Origin: an uncultured bacterium
GTDB lineage: Bacteria > Chloroflexota > Anaerolineae > Anaerolineales > UBA4823
Assembly: GCA_965603285.1 (NCBI GenBank)
Contig: CBFDCK010000003.1
Span: forward strand, 5,799 to 69,798
Direction: 5' to 3'
DNA: 64,000 nt
Made by a program: the position numbers and the translations under genes. The notes under the pieces are model-generated. The model did no database searches, had not been told where the DNA came from, and was given only the letters and a program-made list of their open reading frames with translations. Below are positions 19,195 to 29,099 of this stretch, one piece after another. How positions within the stretch are numbered: position 1 is the first letter of the stretch; each line of letters starts with the position of its first letter.

Positions 19195-20228
19195 GTACAT
19201 TCGATAACATTTTCAAGCGAAAATCGCTCCATTCACCATCGACAGCCGGGTTGATTATTTCTTACGTGTTGCTTTTAGGATGGGCTCTGGTGGTCCTGTT
19301 TCCCCTCTACTGGCTGTTCGTGACATCTTTTAAGCTGCCTATTGATGTGAACACCGGCCCCTTTTATATCCCGTTTGTGGATTTTGAACCGTCGCTCCAT
19401 GCCTGGGATTACATCATGGTGGGAGATTTAAGCAACGATACAATCCGACCATACATCAACACTGTTATCGTATCCCTCACCAGTGCATCATTGGCTTTGC
19501 TTTTAGGAACCGCTGCAGCCTACGCCCTGACACGCTTTGAATACCGACCTCGCATCGGCGCAATCCTTTCTTTTATTGGCTGTATAGCATTGGCTGTTGT
19601 CGCTGTTAGACTGGGTGTACCCTGGCAGGTAGCAGTTGTAATAGCAATCGCGATTTTCATCCTGATCCTGCAAACCATCGGTCGCCGATTTAAACGCTCC
19701 CTCGGTAACAACGACATCGGATTTTGGCTCATCTCGCAGCGCATGTTGCCGCCAGTTGCAGTAGTGATTCCGATCTATGTTATGTTCCAGCAATTAAGAT
19801 TGCTGGATACCCGCGCATCGTTGATAATCACTTACATTGCCGTTAACCTGCCAATTGTGATCTGGTTGATGCGCGACTATTTTATGACTATCCCGAAAGA
19901 ATTGGAAGAGTGTGCCAGTATTGATGGCGCTTCTCGCTACATGACATTCTGGGCTATTGTGCTTCCCCTTTCATTACCTGGTCTGGTAGCCACGTTTCTA
20001 TTCGTGCTGGTCTTCGCCTGGAATGAGTATTTGCTGGCCTTATTCCTATCTGGTGCCGATGCTCAAACCTTGCCGTTGACAATCGCCGCTCAGAATGCAA
20101 CCCGTGGACCTCAGTGGTGGTATATGTCAGTTCTGATATTGATTATGATCATACCTGTTATTTTGATTGCCATCGCTTTAGAACGATATATCGCCCGTGG
20201 ACTGCTGGTTGGGGCAGTTAAGGGATAA
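19191..20228 (+). CDS. Sugar ABC permease (MalG-like)
   Basis: FPLYW..TSFK, IPKELEECASIDGAS EAA loop, AWNEY, GLLVGAVKG. Confidence 0.92.
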   Translation: MSTFDNIFKRKSLHSPSTAGLIISYVLLLGWALVVLFPLYWLFVTSFKLPIDVNTGPFYIPFVDFEPSLHAWDYIMVGDLSNDTIRPYINTVIVSLTSASLALLLGTAAAYALTRFEYRPRIGAILSFIGCIALAVVAVRLGVPWQVAVVIAIAIFILILQTIGRRFKRSLGNNDIGFWLISQRMLPPVAVVIPIYVMFQQLRLLDTRASLIITYIAVNLPIVIWLMRDYFMTIPKELEECASIDGASRYMTFWAIVLPLSLPGLVATFLFVLVFAWNEYLLALFLSGADAQTLPLTIAAQNATRGPQWWYMSVLILIMIIPVILIAIALERYIARGLLVGAVKG

Positions 20229-20269
20229 TATCCGATTTCTAATTTCATATAATTAATGGGAGTTATTTC

Positions 20270-22087
20270 ATGAGTACTGGTCAACAAGATATAAAGGTAA
20301 ACCTACCTCATAACCGCTTGGCAGGTAACATGCCCAAGATAGGTATCCGTCCAGCGATCGATGGACGCCGTATAGGTATCCGTGAATCGTTGGAAGAGCT
20401 GACGATGGATATGGCTAAAAAAACCGCCGATTTCTTGAGTGCTAATCTGCGCCACGCTAATGGACTGCCTGTAGAATGCGTTTTAGCAGACACTTGCATC
20501 GGGGGTGTCGCCGAAGCAGCCCAAACCGCAGAGAAATTTGCCCGCCAGGGTGTGGGTCTTTCCATCACTGTGACCCCTTGCTGGTGTTATGGCTCTGAGA
20601 CCATGGATATGGACCCATTGATCCCAAAAGCCATCTGGGGCTTTAATGGTACCGAACGACCGGGTGCGGTATACTTGGCAGCCGTTTTAGCTGGTCACAA
20701 CCAGAAGGGATTGCCTGCCTTCAGCATCTATGGTCGCGATGTGCAGGATGCGGGCGACGCCACCATCCCTGAAGACGTACAGGATAAACTGCTGCGCTTT
20801 GCCCGAGCCGGACTCGCCGTCGCCACAATGCGTGGTAAATCATACCTGGCCATGGGTGGTGTCTCGATGGGTATCGCCGGTTCAATAGTGGACCAATCTC
20901 TCTTTGAAGATTACCTCGGCATGCGGGTTGAATCGGTGGATATGACTGAATTTGTCCGCCGCATGAATGAAAGCATGTATGATCCTGAAGAATTCGAGAA
21001 AGCCCTCGCCTGGGTTAAAGTTAACTGCCCCGAAGGGAAGGACTACAACCCTCCTAAGAATGAGCGTTCTCGTAATCAAAAAGATGATGATTGGGAGACC
21101 TCGGTCAAAATGGCTTTAATCGCCCGGGACCTGATGGTTGGCAATCCTCGTCTGGATGAGCTCGGTTTTGGTGAAGAAGCACTCGGTCATAACGCGATTG
21201 CCGCCGGTTTCCAAGGGCAGCGCCAATGGACAGACTATTTCCCCAACGGTGATTTTATGGAAGCCATTCTTAATACTTCATTTGATTGGAATGGAATCCG
21301 TGAACCTTACATCGTCGCCACAGAAAACGATGCCCTCAACGGCATATGTATGTTGTTTAACCAACTGCTGACCGGGACTGCCCAGATTTTTGCTGATGTG
21401 CGCACCTATTGGAGCCCGCAGGCTGTCAAACGAGTGAGTGGATACGATCTGGAAGGGATGGCTTCAGGCGGCTTTCTGCACTTGCTTAACTCCGGTCCAG
21501 CCGCTCTCGACGGAACTGGTCAGCAGTTAATAGACGGTAATCCGGCTATGAAACCCTATTGGGAGATCACTCCCGAAGAAGTCGATCGCTGTCTGAATGC
21601 AACAACTTGGCACGCTGGTCTCACCGAATATTTTCGAGGTGGCGGTTGGTCTACTAAATTTAGAACGCGCGGCGGTATTCCCGTCACCATGTGCCGGCTA
21701 AACCTGGTTAAAGGGTTAGGACCTGCTTTCCAAATCGCTGAAGGCTACACCGTGGATCTACCGGATGATGTCCACCAGATACTCGATGAACGCACCTCTC
21801 CAACCTGGCCGACGACCTGGTTTGTGCCCAACCTAACCGATTCTGGTCCATTCCGCGATGTTTACACCGTTATGGCGAACTGGGGCGCAAACCACGGCGC
21901 TATCTCATACGGTCACATCGGCGCCGATCTAATCACATTAACTTCCATGCTGCGTATTCCAGTTTATTTGCACAATGTTTCAGAAGCGCGTGTCTTCCGC
22001 CCTCACACCTGGACATCGTTTGGCGCAAATGAACCTCAAGGCGCGGATTTCCGGGCATGTGCAAATTTTGGAGCCCTTTACAAATAA
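20270..22087 (+). CDS. fucI: L-fucose (D-arabinose) isomerase
   Basis: [57 protein letters not shown]. Confidence 0.96.
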   Translation: MSTGQQDIKVNLPHNRLAGNMPKIGIRPAIDGRRIGIRESLEELTMDMAKKTADFLSANLRHANGLPVECVLADTCIGGVAEAAQTAEKFARQGVGLSITVTPCWCYGSETMDMDPLIPKAIWGFNGTERPGAVYLAAVLAGHNQKGLPAFSIYGRDVQDAGDATIPEDVQDKLLRFARAGLAVATMRGKSYLAMGGVSMGIAGSIVDQSLFEDYLGMRVESVDMTEFVRRMNESMYDPEEFEKALAWVKVNCPEGKDYNPPKNERSRNQKDDDWETSVKMALIARDLMVGNPRLDELGFGEEALGHNAIAAGFQGQRQWTDYFPNGDFMEAILNTSFDWNGIREPYIVATENDALNGICMLFNQLLTGTAQIFADVRTYWSPQAVKRVSGYDLEGMASGGFLHLLNSGPAALDGTGQQLIDGNPAMKPYWEITPEEVDRCLNATTWHAGLTEYFRGGGWSTKFRTRGGIPVTMCRLNLVKGLGPAFQIAEGYTVDLPDDVHQILDERTSPTWPTTWFVPNLTDSGPFRDVYTVMANWGANHGAISYGHIGADLITLTSMLRIPVYLHNVSEARVFRPHTWTSFGANEPQGADFRACANFGALYK

Positions 22088-22191
22088 TCAGCTTATGCTT
22101 TTCTATTATATTTATTCTTCAAAAGTGACAGCATATCTGATGTGTTACTGGAAGCGCGTGAGATTAAATAGAGTAAACTTGGAGAACGACA

Positions 22192-22617
22192 ATGTTAAAA
22201 GGAATATCGCCATTATTCAGCCCTGAACTTCTGGCAGCTATCTACCGCATGGGGCATGGGGACGAAATAGTATTGGCAGATGCCCACTTTCCCGGAGATA
22301 GCACCAACCGACACGTAATCCGCGCCGATGGTTTACAGATCGAGGCTTTATTGGACGCCATCCTACCTCTCTTTGCATTGGACAGTTATGTGGACGATCC
22401 TATCGTAATGATGGAATGTGTCCCGGGTGATGAACCAGACCCGGTCGTGGAAGCTGGCTATCGCCGCGTAATCGATACCTACGCTCCGGATACTCCGCCA
22501 ATCAGATTTATCGAACGCTACGATTTTTATAAACGAGCATCCAAAGCCTTTGTTGTGGCTATGAGCGGTGATACCAGAAAATATGCCAACATAATTCTAA
22601 AAAAAGGTGTTTTATAG
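22192..22617 (+). CDS. fucU: L-fucose mutarotase (RbsD/FucU)
   Basis: MLKGI, MGHGDEIVLADAHFP, ER.DFY, YANIILKKGV. Confidence 0.93.
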   Translation: MLKGISPLFSPELLAAIYRMGHGDEIVLADAHFPGDSTNRHVIRADGLQIEALLDAILPLFALDSYVDDPIVMMECVPGDEPDPVVEAGYRRVIDTYAPDTPPIRFIERYDFYKRASKAFVVAMSGDTRKYANIILKKGVL

Positions 22618-22685
22618 TTGCCGGAGTCAACTTTACCCATAATATGGATCATCATTCCCAGAGCGATTATTTTTAATCTCAACTG

Positions 22686-24176
22686 GTGGTTAATATGAAT
22701 GCCCGAACCTATTTAGCAGTCGATCTTGGAGCTGAGAGTGGGCGCCTTATCGCCGGAAATTTTGACGGGAAATACTTGCGGATGCAGGAATTGCACCGCT
22801 TTTCTAACACTGGTGTGTGGTTGGGTGAGCATTTACACTGGGATATCCTCCAATTATGGAACGAGATTAAGCGCGGGCTAGCGCGTGCTGCGCAAGAGTT
22901 TGGCGAGACTGTATGCAGCCTCGGATTGGACACCTGGGGAGTGGATTTTGGATTACTGGCAGCTGATGACACGCTCATCGGGAATCCATACCACTACAGG
23001 GATCGTCGCACCGACGGGATCATGCAAGTTGCATTTTCGCGGGTGCCGAAAAGAGAGATTTTTAATAAAACTGGAAACCAGTTTATACCGCTTAATAGTT
23101 TATATCAACTGCTTTCTATGGCAGCAGTTAATTCTCCGGCTTTATCAATTGCGCATACGTTCCTCAACATGCCCGATTTATTCAACTTCTACCTAACCGG
23201 GTGTAAGGTCAATGAGTTTACCATCTCGAGTACGACCCAGTGCTACGACATGCGCAAACGGGAGTGGGCTTTTGATTTACTAGCCCAGCTCGGCATCCCT
23301 ACAAAGATTTTCGGTGAAGTTGTGCCACCAGGCACAATTTTAGGTGAATTGAGATCCTCATTGAGGGAAGAGCTATGTTTAGATTCTGTCTCAGTAATCG
23401 CCAGCGCCGGGCATGATACCGCCAGCGCCGTTGCGGCAGTACCGGCATCTTCTCCAGACTACATTTATTTGAGTTCCGGCACATGGTCGCTATTAGGCGT
23501 GGAGATCGAGAAACCCGACGTCAGCCAGGGTAGTTTAGCTGTCGGTATGACAAATGAAGGTGGAGTTGGAGATAAAATTCGCTTCCTGAAAAATATAGTC
23601 GGCTTGTGGCTCGTTCAGGAATGCCGCCGAGCCTGGGAACGCGTGGGATTACAATACACTTATGATGAACTTACCCAAATGGCTTCTAAAGCGCGCCCGT
23701 TTGGGTCCCTGATCGTCCCTGGTGACTGCCGCTTCTCAGTCCCCTGCGATATGCCCGCCGCCATCAAATCATTTTGTATTGATACAGGTCAATCCATCCC
23801 CCATGATAGAGGCGCAATAATCCGTTGTATCCTTGAAAGTCTGGCGCTGGAATATCGCTGGGTTTCAGAACAGATTGAACGTCTGAGGGGGGTGAACTAT
23901 CCGCTAATCCATATAATCGGTGGAGGTACAAAGAACAAACTACTCAATCAGCTTGTCGCTGATGCCACCGGTAAAACAATAATAGCAGGCCCCGTTGAAG
24001 CTACCGCCCTGGGCAATATCATCGTCCAGGCGATCGCTATGGGGGATATCGCTTCCCTGGCTGAAGGACGTGCGATAGTGGGAGACTCTTCCGAACTGCG
24101 GACATACGTTCCGACCAAATCGATGGCTTGGGACGATGCGTATGAACACTATCTGGAACTGAAGGTGAGAGAATAA
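22686..24176 (+). CDS. rhaB: Rhamnulokinase/L-fuculokinase (FGGY family)
   Basis: AVDLGAESGR, DTWGVDFG, YRD.RT, GHDTASAV, SSGTWSL, TNEGG, LKNIVGLW, GPVEATALGN; alternative start 22695. Confidence 0.9.
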   Translation: MVNMNARTYLAVDLGAESGRLIAGNFDGKYLRMQELHRFSNTGVWLGEHLHWDILQLWNEIKRGLARAAQEFGETVCSLGLDTWGVDFGLLAADDTLIGNPYHYRDRRTDGIMQVAFSRVPKREIFNKTGNQFIPLNSLYQLLSMAAVNSPALSIAHTFLNMPDLFNFYLTGCKVNEFTISSTTQCYDMRKREWAFDLLAQLGIPTKIFGEVVPPGTILGELRSSLREELCLDSVSVIASAGHDTASAVAAVPASSPDYIYLSSGTWSLLGVEIEKPDVSQGSLAVGMTNEGGVGDKIRFLKNIVGLWLVQECRRAWERVGLQYTYDELTQMASKARPFGSLIVPGDCRFSVPCDMPAAIKSFCIDTGQSIPHDRGAIIRCILESLALEYRWVSEQIERLRGVNYPLIHIIGGGTKNKLLNQLVADATGKTIIAGPVEATALGNIIVQAIAMGDIASLAEGRAIVGDSSELRTYVPTKSMAWDDAYEHYLELKVRE

Positions 24177-24182
24177 ACTAAT

Positions 24183-24470
24183 ATGATCCAAAGTGAATAC
24201 CGCTTACGTCAGGAAATCGTTCGTGTCACTCGAATTGTAGCCAATCAGGGTTTGATACCCTCAAGTGACGGTAATATCTCGATACGAATAGATCAAGACC
24301 GATTTTTGATTACCCCCAGCGGTCTTGATAAAATGTCCATGGAACCGGATGACCCCATAATTGTAAACCAACTGGGTGATCCAATTCCCATGCTAGGTTT
24401 TGATATGACCGATGAAGGGAAATTGGAGAACGAGTCCGTACGTTATTTAAATTATTGGAGTAAGATATGA
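24183..24470 (+). pseudogene. Truncated class II aldolase (N-terminal ~67 aa) with unrelated tail
   Basis: LRQEIVRV, DGNISIR, LITPSG.DK present; SSE..H and HxH zinc ligands absent. Confidence 0.7.
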
Positions 24471-26260
24471 ATGGTTGGACAAAAAGAATGCTGCGCGTTG
24501 ATCTAAGCGATGGTAGTTCAGTTATTGAAGAAATAGATGAAGAAATCTTGCACAATTATCTGGGTGGAAGGGGCTTAGGAACCTACCTGGTTTACACAGA
24601 AGTCCCCCCCGAAACTGATCCCCTCAGCCCAAATAACATCCTGGCGTTTTGTACTGGAGTTTTAACCGGCGTGCGTGTCCCAACAGGGGGGCGCTCCTCC
24701 TTGAGCACGCTTTCCCCGTTGACAGGGACAATGTTCGACGCTAATTCCGGTTCTCAATTTGGTGTACGGCTAAAATGGGCTGGATTCGACGCCTTGGTTA
24801 TTAAAGGAGAATCCAGCAGTCCGGTCTGGTTGGAGATCTCACAAGACGGCGCCCAAATCCATCCAGCCGGCGATTTGTGGGGGCGTGAGATTCCAGAAGT
24901 TGTTTCTCATCTAAAGGCTAAAAACTCAGCGGTGGTAAGCATTGGTCCTGCCGGTGAAAACAAAGTCTTATTCGCATCGATTGCTGATGAAAACGGACGA
25001 TCTTATGGACGCGGCGGCGTTGGCGCAGTAATGGGATCAAAGAACCTGAAAGCCATCGTTGCCCACGGTAAGGATAAGCCGAGGATTGCAGATCCAGATA
25101 CTTATGATTTCGTAAATTATGAGGCAGGAAAGATGGTCAAAGCCTCACCGCGCACCTCGCAAGGGTTGCCAAAATTCGGCACTTCAGTGCTGGTCAATCT
25201 GATGAACTCATACGGCGTATTGCCTACCCGTAACTTCCAATTAGGTGAATTCGAGCACGCGGAAAATATTTCGGGTGAACGTTTGCGGGATGAATTCCTG
25301 ACCAAACGAGGCGCCTGCTGGAGTTGTCCGATTGGTTGCAAGCGCAATACCAAAACCAGCCGTCAAGAAGGTGAAGGTCCTGAATATGAGACAATCTACG
25401 CTCTGGGTTCATCACTGTGTATTGACGACTTCGAGACAATAATCGAAGCCAATTACCTGTGCAATCGTCTAGGAATGGATACTATCTCTTGCGGGGCTAC
25501 GATTGCCTGTGCCATGGAACTGGTCGAGCACGGTAAGTTGAATACTGAACTAGCATTTGGTCGAGCCGATCTACTCCTGAAAACGATCGAAGATATAGCC
25601 TACCGTCGTGGTTTGGGCGATCAAATCGCCGAGGGTTCAAAACGGCTCTCGGAGCGCTATGGAATGCCCGAAACCTCAATGCAGGTTAAAGGTTTAGAAT
25701 TCCCAGCCTATGACCCGCGCGGAATGCAGGGTCAGGGCTTGCTTTATGCCACTTCTAACCGCGGAGCCTGTCACCTGCGCGGGAACATGTTAGGACCCGA
25801 ATTGCTGGGTTCCCCTAAAATGCTGGATCGTCACATTTCCAGTGGTAAAGCGGGAATCCTTATAGTAATGCAGCATACCAACGCGGTAATTGACTCTATC
25901 GGAATGTGCAAATTTGTCAACTACGCAATCGGTGACGATTTCTTTACCCGCTTGATTACAGCGATCACCGGGATTGAATACGAAGTGCAGGACCTGCAAT
26001 TAACGGGCGAACGAATCTGGAATTTGGAACGACTCTACAACCTGCGGGCTGGATTCACCCATTCCGATGATACGCTGCCCCCTCGCTTTACGAATGAACC
26101 CCTCAAAGAAGGTGCCAGCGCGGGTCACGTTGTTCATCTGGATGAGATGATGGCAGAATATTACCGATTCCGGGGTTGGTCTCAGGAAGGTATCCCCACC
26201 CCAAAGAAACTTACAGCCTTGGGACTGGAGGAGCTGGCAAAGGAGCAAACCCATGCTTGA
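24467..26260 (+). CDS. aor: Aldehyde:ferredoxin oxidoreductase (W/Mo-pterin AOR family)
   Basis: YLGGRGLG, SPLTG, GRGGVGAVMGSKNLKAI, CWSCPIGC, GPEYET, CNRLGMDTIS, DPRG, RGACH. Confidence 0.93.
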   Translation: MNGWTKRMLRVDLSDGSSVIEEIDEEILHNYLGGRGLGTYLVYTEVPPETDPLSPNNILAFCTGVLTGVRVPTGGRSSLSTLSPLTGTMFDANSGSQFGVRLKWAGFDALVIKGESSSPVWLEISQDGAQIHPAGDLWGREIPEVVSHLKAKNSAVVSIGPAGENKVLFASIADENGRSYGRGGVGAVMGSKNLKAIVAHGKDKPRIADPDTYDFVNYEAGKMVKASPRTSQGLPKFGTSVLVNLMNSYGVLPTRNFQLGEFEHAENISGERLRDEFLTKRGACWSCPIGCKRNTKTSRQEGEGPEYETIYALGSSLCIDDFETIIEANYLCNRLGMDTISCGATIACAMELVEHGKLNTELAFGRADLLLKTIEDIAYRRGLGDQIAEGSKRLSERYGMPETSMQVKGLEFPAYDPRGMQGQGLLYATSNRGACHLRGNMLGPELLGSPKMLDRHISSGKAGILIVMQHTNAVIDSIGMCKFVNYAIGDDFFTRLITAITGIEYEVQDLQLTGERIWNLERLYNLRAGFTHSDDTLPPRFTNEPLKEGASAGHVVHLDEMMAEYYRFRGWSQEGIPTPKKLTALGLEELAKEQTHA

Positions 26261-26882
26261 TCAATTTCAGAGATTTGGCTACGACCTTTTCTACCGCGGT
26301 TTGACATCTTCCCATGGTGGCAATATAAGTGTCCGCATGGGCGATCGGATCATCATCACCCGTACCGGCTCGATGCTGGCGCATTTGACTGAGATGGATT
26401 TAATTGAAATCGGTTTAGACGAAGATGACAGCAATATCATGCTAGCTTCCAGTGAGTTGGTTGTGCACCGGGCGATTTACCAAAATACTTCTGCGCTGGC
26501 TATCGTACACGTACACCCACCCCATGCTGTAGCCCTCTCCATGGCGGTAAAAGACGCCATCATCCCGATTGATAGTGAAGGCTCATACTTGTTTCGAAAA
26601 GTTCCTGTTGTGCAATCAGAAACAACAGTTGGGTCAAAAGACGTTGCCAAGTTGGCAGCGGAAATGCTCAGAGATTATAAAATATTTATGTTGCGAGGGC
26701 ATGGCTGTTTTTCCATCGGTCCTGTTCTGGAAGAAGCCTACCAATGGTGCTCAAGTCTGGAAGAATCATGTAAAATATACTACTTAACCCGAACTGTTCA
26801 GGCAGCCCAGGTTGCGGTTTCTCAAGATGGTTTGGAAGACCTGGAATACCGTAAACATACAGATGATTATAAAAGTTGGTGA
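26253..26882 (+). CDS. fucA: Class II aldolase (L-fuculose-1-phosphate aldolase-like)
   Basis: GGNISVR, ASSELVVHRAIY, IVHVHP, LRGHG. Confidence 0.8.
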   Translation: MLDQFQRFGYDLFYRGLTSSHGGNISVRMGDRIIITRTGSMLAHLTEMDLIEIGLDEDDSNIMLASSELVVHRAIYQNTSALAIVHVHPPHAVALSMAVKDAIIPIDSEGSYLFRKVPVVQSETTVGSKDVAKLAAEMLRDYKIFMLRGHGCFSIGPVLEEAYQWCSSLEESCKIYYLTRTVQAAQVAVSQDGLEDLEYRKHTDDYKSW

Positions 26883-26916
26883 ATGACCCAATCATGATTT
26901 AAAGCAGGTTCACGAT

Positions 26917-28059
26917 ATGATCAAAAAAGTATTCGTAAGCGGTTCTTTCGACTTGTTGCACAGCGGTCACATCGCATTTTTTAAAGAAGCCTCCTCATTC
27001 GGAGATCTTTACGTTGCATTGGGTTCCGATAAAACTGTATATGAGTTGAAGGGCAGGCTGCCGATCAACTCCCAGGAAGAACGCCAGTTTATGGTCAACT
27101 CAGTAGAGTATGTCAAAGACTCTTTCATTTCTCAAGGATCTGGCATGCTCGATTTCCTGGAAGAATTTAAACAACTCCAACCTGACATCATGGTTGTCAA
27201 TACCGATGGCAACACCCCCGAAAAGCAGCAGTTGTGCGCACAACAGGGTGTCGAATATATTATCCTTCAGCGCGAACCCTATGCCGGCTTACCTGCCCGA
27301 ACGACAACCGCATTGCGTTCTATCAACCAGATCCCATTCCGGATCGATATCGCTGGAGGCTGGTTAGACCAGCCTTATGTTTCCAAACACTATCCCGGTT
27401 CAGTGATCACGATCTCTCTCGAACCGACAATTCAATTTAACGAACGAAGCGGGATGGCCACCAGCACCCGTCGCGCCGCTATCGATCTATGGGGACCACG
27501 TCTTCCTCCTGGTGCTCCTGAAAAAATCGCAAAAATTTTATTCTGCTACGACAATCCACCAGGGACTGAGGAAATTTCTGGTTCCCAGGATTCAATCGGG
27601 ATTGTTTTCCCCGGTCTCACAAAAGCTTATTATGATGGTTCCTATTGGCCGGAAAAATTCGAACGTATCCTCGATGAAACCACCATCCGATTTGTAGAAA
27701 GTTCTTTCTACCTGGTACCATTGGGACCGCGCCATGCCGATTTCGATGTACTCGCAGATACCCGCATCGACCGCAGTAAGGCGAAAGCACTGGCGGATGC
27801 GACCGATGCTTGCTGGCAGGCGATACAAAATCATGATGTGCACGCATTTGGTGCTTCCTTCAGAGCTTCATTCGAAGCCCAGATTGCCATGTTTCCCAAT
27901 ATGATGAATGATATGGTTACTGCTCTCATCACAAAATACCAGGATGTGGCCCTCGGTTGGAAGTTATCAGGTGCCGGAGGTGGCGGCTACCTCATCCTGA
28001 TTTGCGACAAACCAATTAAGGATGCCCAACGGGTGGTAGCCCATCGCGAGAGTGATTAA
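26917..28059 (+). CDS. Fused nucleotidyltransferase (CTP_transf_like) + GHMP-kinase-like protein
   Basis: N: VSGSFDLLHSGH; C: PFRIDIAGGWLDQP, SGMATS, SGSQD, KLSGAGGGGY. Confidence 0.8.
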   Translation: MIKKVFVSGSFDLLHSGHIAFFKEASSFGDLYVALGSDKTVYELKGRLPINSQEERQFMVNSVEYVKDSFISQGSGMLDFLEEFKQLQPDIMVVNTDGNTPEKQQLCAQQGVEYIILQREPYAGLPARTTTALRSINQIPFRIDIAGGWLDQPYVSKHYPGSVITISLEPTIQFNERSGMATSTRRAAIDLWGPRLPPGAPEKIAKILFCYDNPPGTEEISGSQDSIGIVFPGLTKAYYDGSYWPEKFERILDETTIRFVESSFYLVPLGPRHADFDVLADTRIDRSKAKALADATDACWQAIQNHDVHAFGASFRASFEAQIAMFPNMMNDMVTALITKYQDVALGWKLSGAGGGGYLILICDKPIKDAQRVVAHRESD

Positions 28060-28086
28060 AGGCATCGAATCGAAATTGGAGGTTGT

Positions 28087-29058
28087 ATGAAAAAAGCATT
28101 GGTTTGTGGTGCAGGTGGTTTTATTGCAGGTCACCTGGTAAAGAAATTAAAAAGTGAAGGATACTGGGTGCGGGGCGTGGACATAAAAGAGCATGAATTT
28201 GCCCCTTCGCAGGCGGACGAGTTTCAGCTACTGGATCTGCGAAAGGCAGAAAATTGTTTGAGTGCACTGACCTTACCGGAAGGTGCTTTTGATGAGGTAT
28301 ATCAATTGGCTGCTGACATGGGTGGTATGGGTTTCATCCATTCCGCCGAGTGTGAAATCATGCGCAACAGCGCACTGATCAATATCCACATGACCCATTA
28401 TGCCTGGAAATTGGGTGTGTCGCGCTACTTTTTCTCCTCTTCGGTCTGCGTCTACCGCGACATGCTGCCTGGTGAGCCCGAGATGACAGAAGCAGAAGCC
28501 ATCCCAGCCAACCCTGATAACGAGTATGGCTGGGAAAAGCTATATGCTGAACGTATCGCTCAGGCTTATGAGCGCAACAGAGGCATGAAGGTCCGCATCG
28601 CCCGGTTCCAGAACTGCTATGGCCCTGAGGGAACCTGGACGGGTGGTAGAGAAAAAGCCCCTGCGGCTTTGTGCCGTAAGGTTGCCGAAATCGAAGATGG
28701 CGGCGCCATAGAAATCTGGGGGGATGGAACCGCAATCCGCTCCTATACTTACGTTGACGATATGATCGACGGAATATTTATGCTGATGCATTCCGACTTA
28801 CAGGGAGCCGTTAATATTGGCTCCCCCCAATATGTAAGTGTGGATGAGCTGGCTGAAACCATCGCTGATGTATCCGGGAAAAGATTCACCTTCAAGCATG
28901 TGGAAGGACCGGTAGGTGTCCAATCGCGCAACTTCAGCAATGGTCGTATCTACTCGATTGGCTGGAAATCCCGGTACGCCTTGAAGGACGGAATTTCCTT
29001 AACCTACCCTTGGGTGGAGCAACAGGTCAAACAAGACCGTCTCACAGAGATAGATTAA
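28087..29058 (+). CDS. GDP-mannose 3,5-epimerase-like extended SDR (copy 2)
   Basis: GAGGFIA, LAADMGGMGFI, SSVCVY, YGWEK, GTWTGGREKAPAA, GVQSRN. Confidence 0.88.
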   Translation: MKKALVCGAGGFIAGHLVKKLKSEGYWVRGVDIKEHEFAPSQADEFQLLDLRKAENCLSALTLPEGAFDEVYQLAADMGGMGFIHSAECEIMRNSALINIHMTHYAWKLGVSRYFFSSSVCVYRDMLPGEPEMTEAEAIPANPDNEYGWEKLYAERIAQAYERNRGMKVRIARFQNCYGPEGTWTGGREKAPAALCRKVAEIEDGGAIEIWGDGTAIRSYTYVDDMIDGIFMLMHSDLQGAVNIGSPQYVSVDELAETIADVSGKRFTFKHVEGPVGVQSRNFSNGRIYSIGWKSRYALKDGISLTYPWVEQQVKQDRLTEID

Positions 29059-29099
29059 ATTGATAATAGTTCAGAGAATTATTTCGATAGGAGCATACC

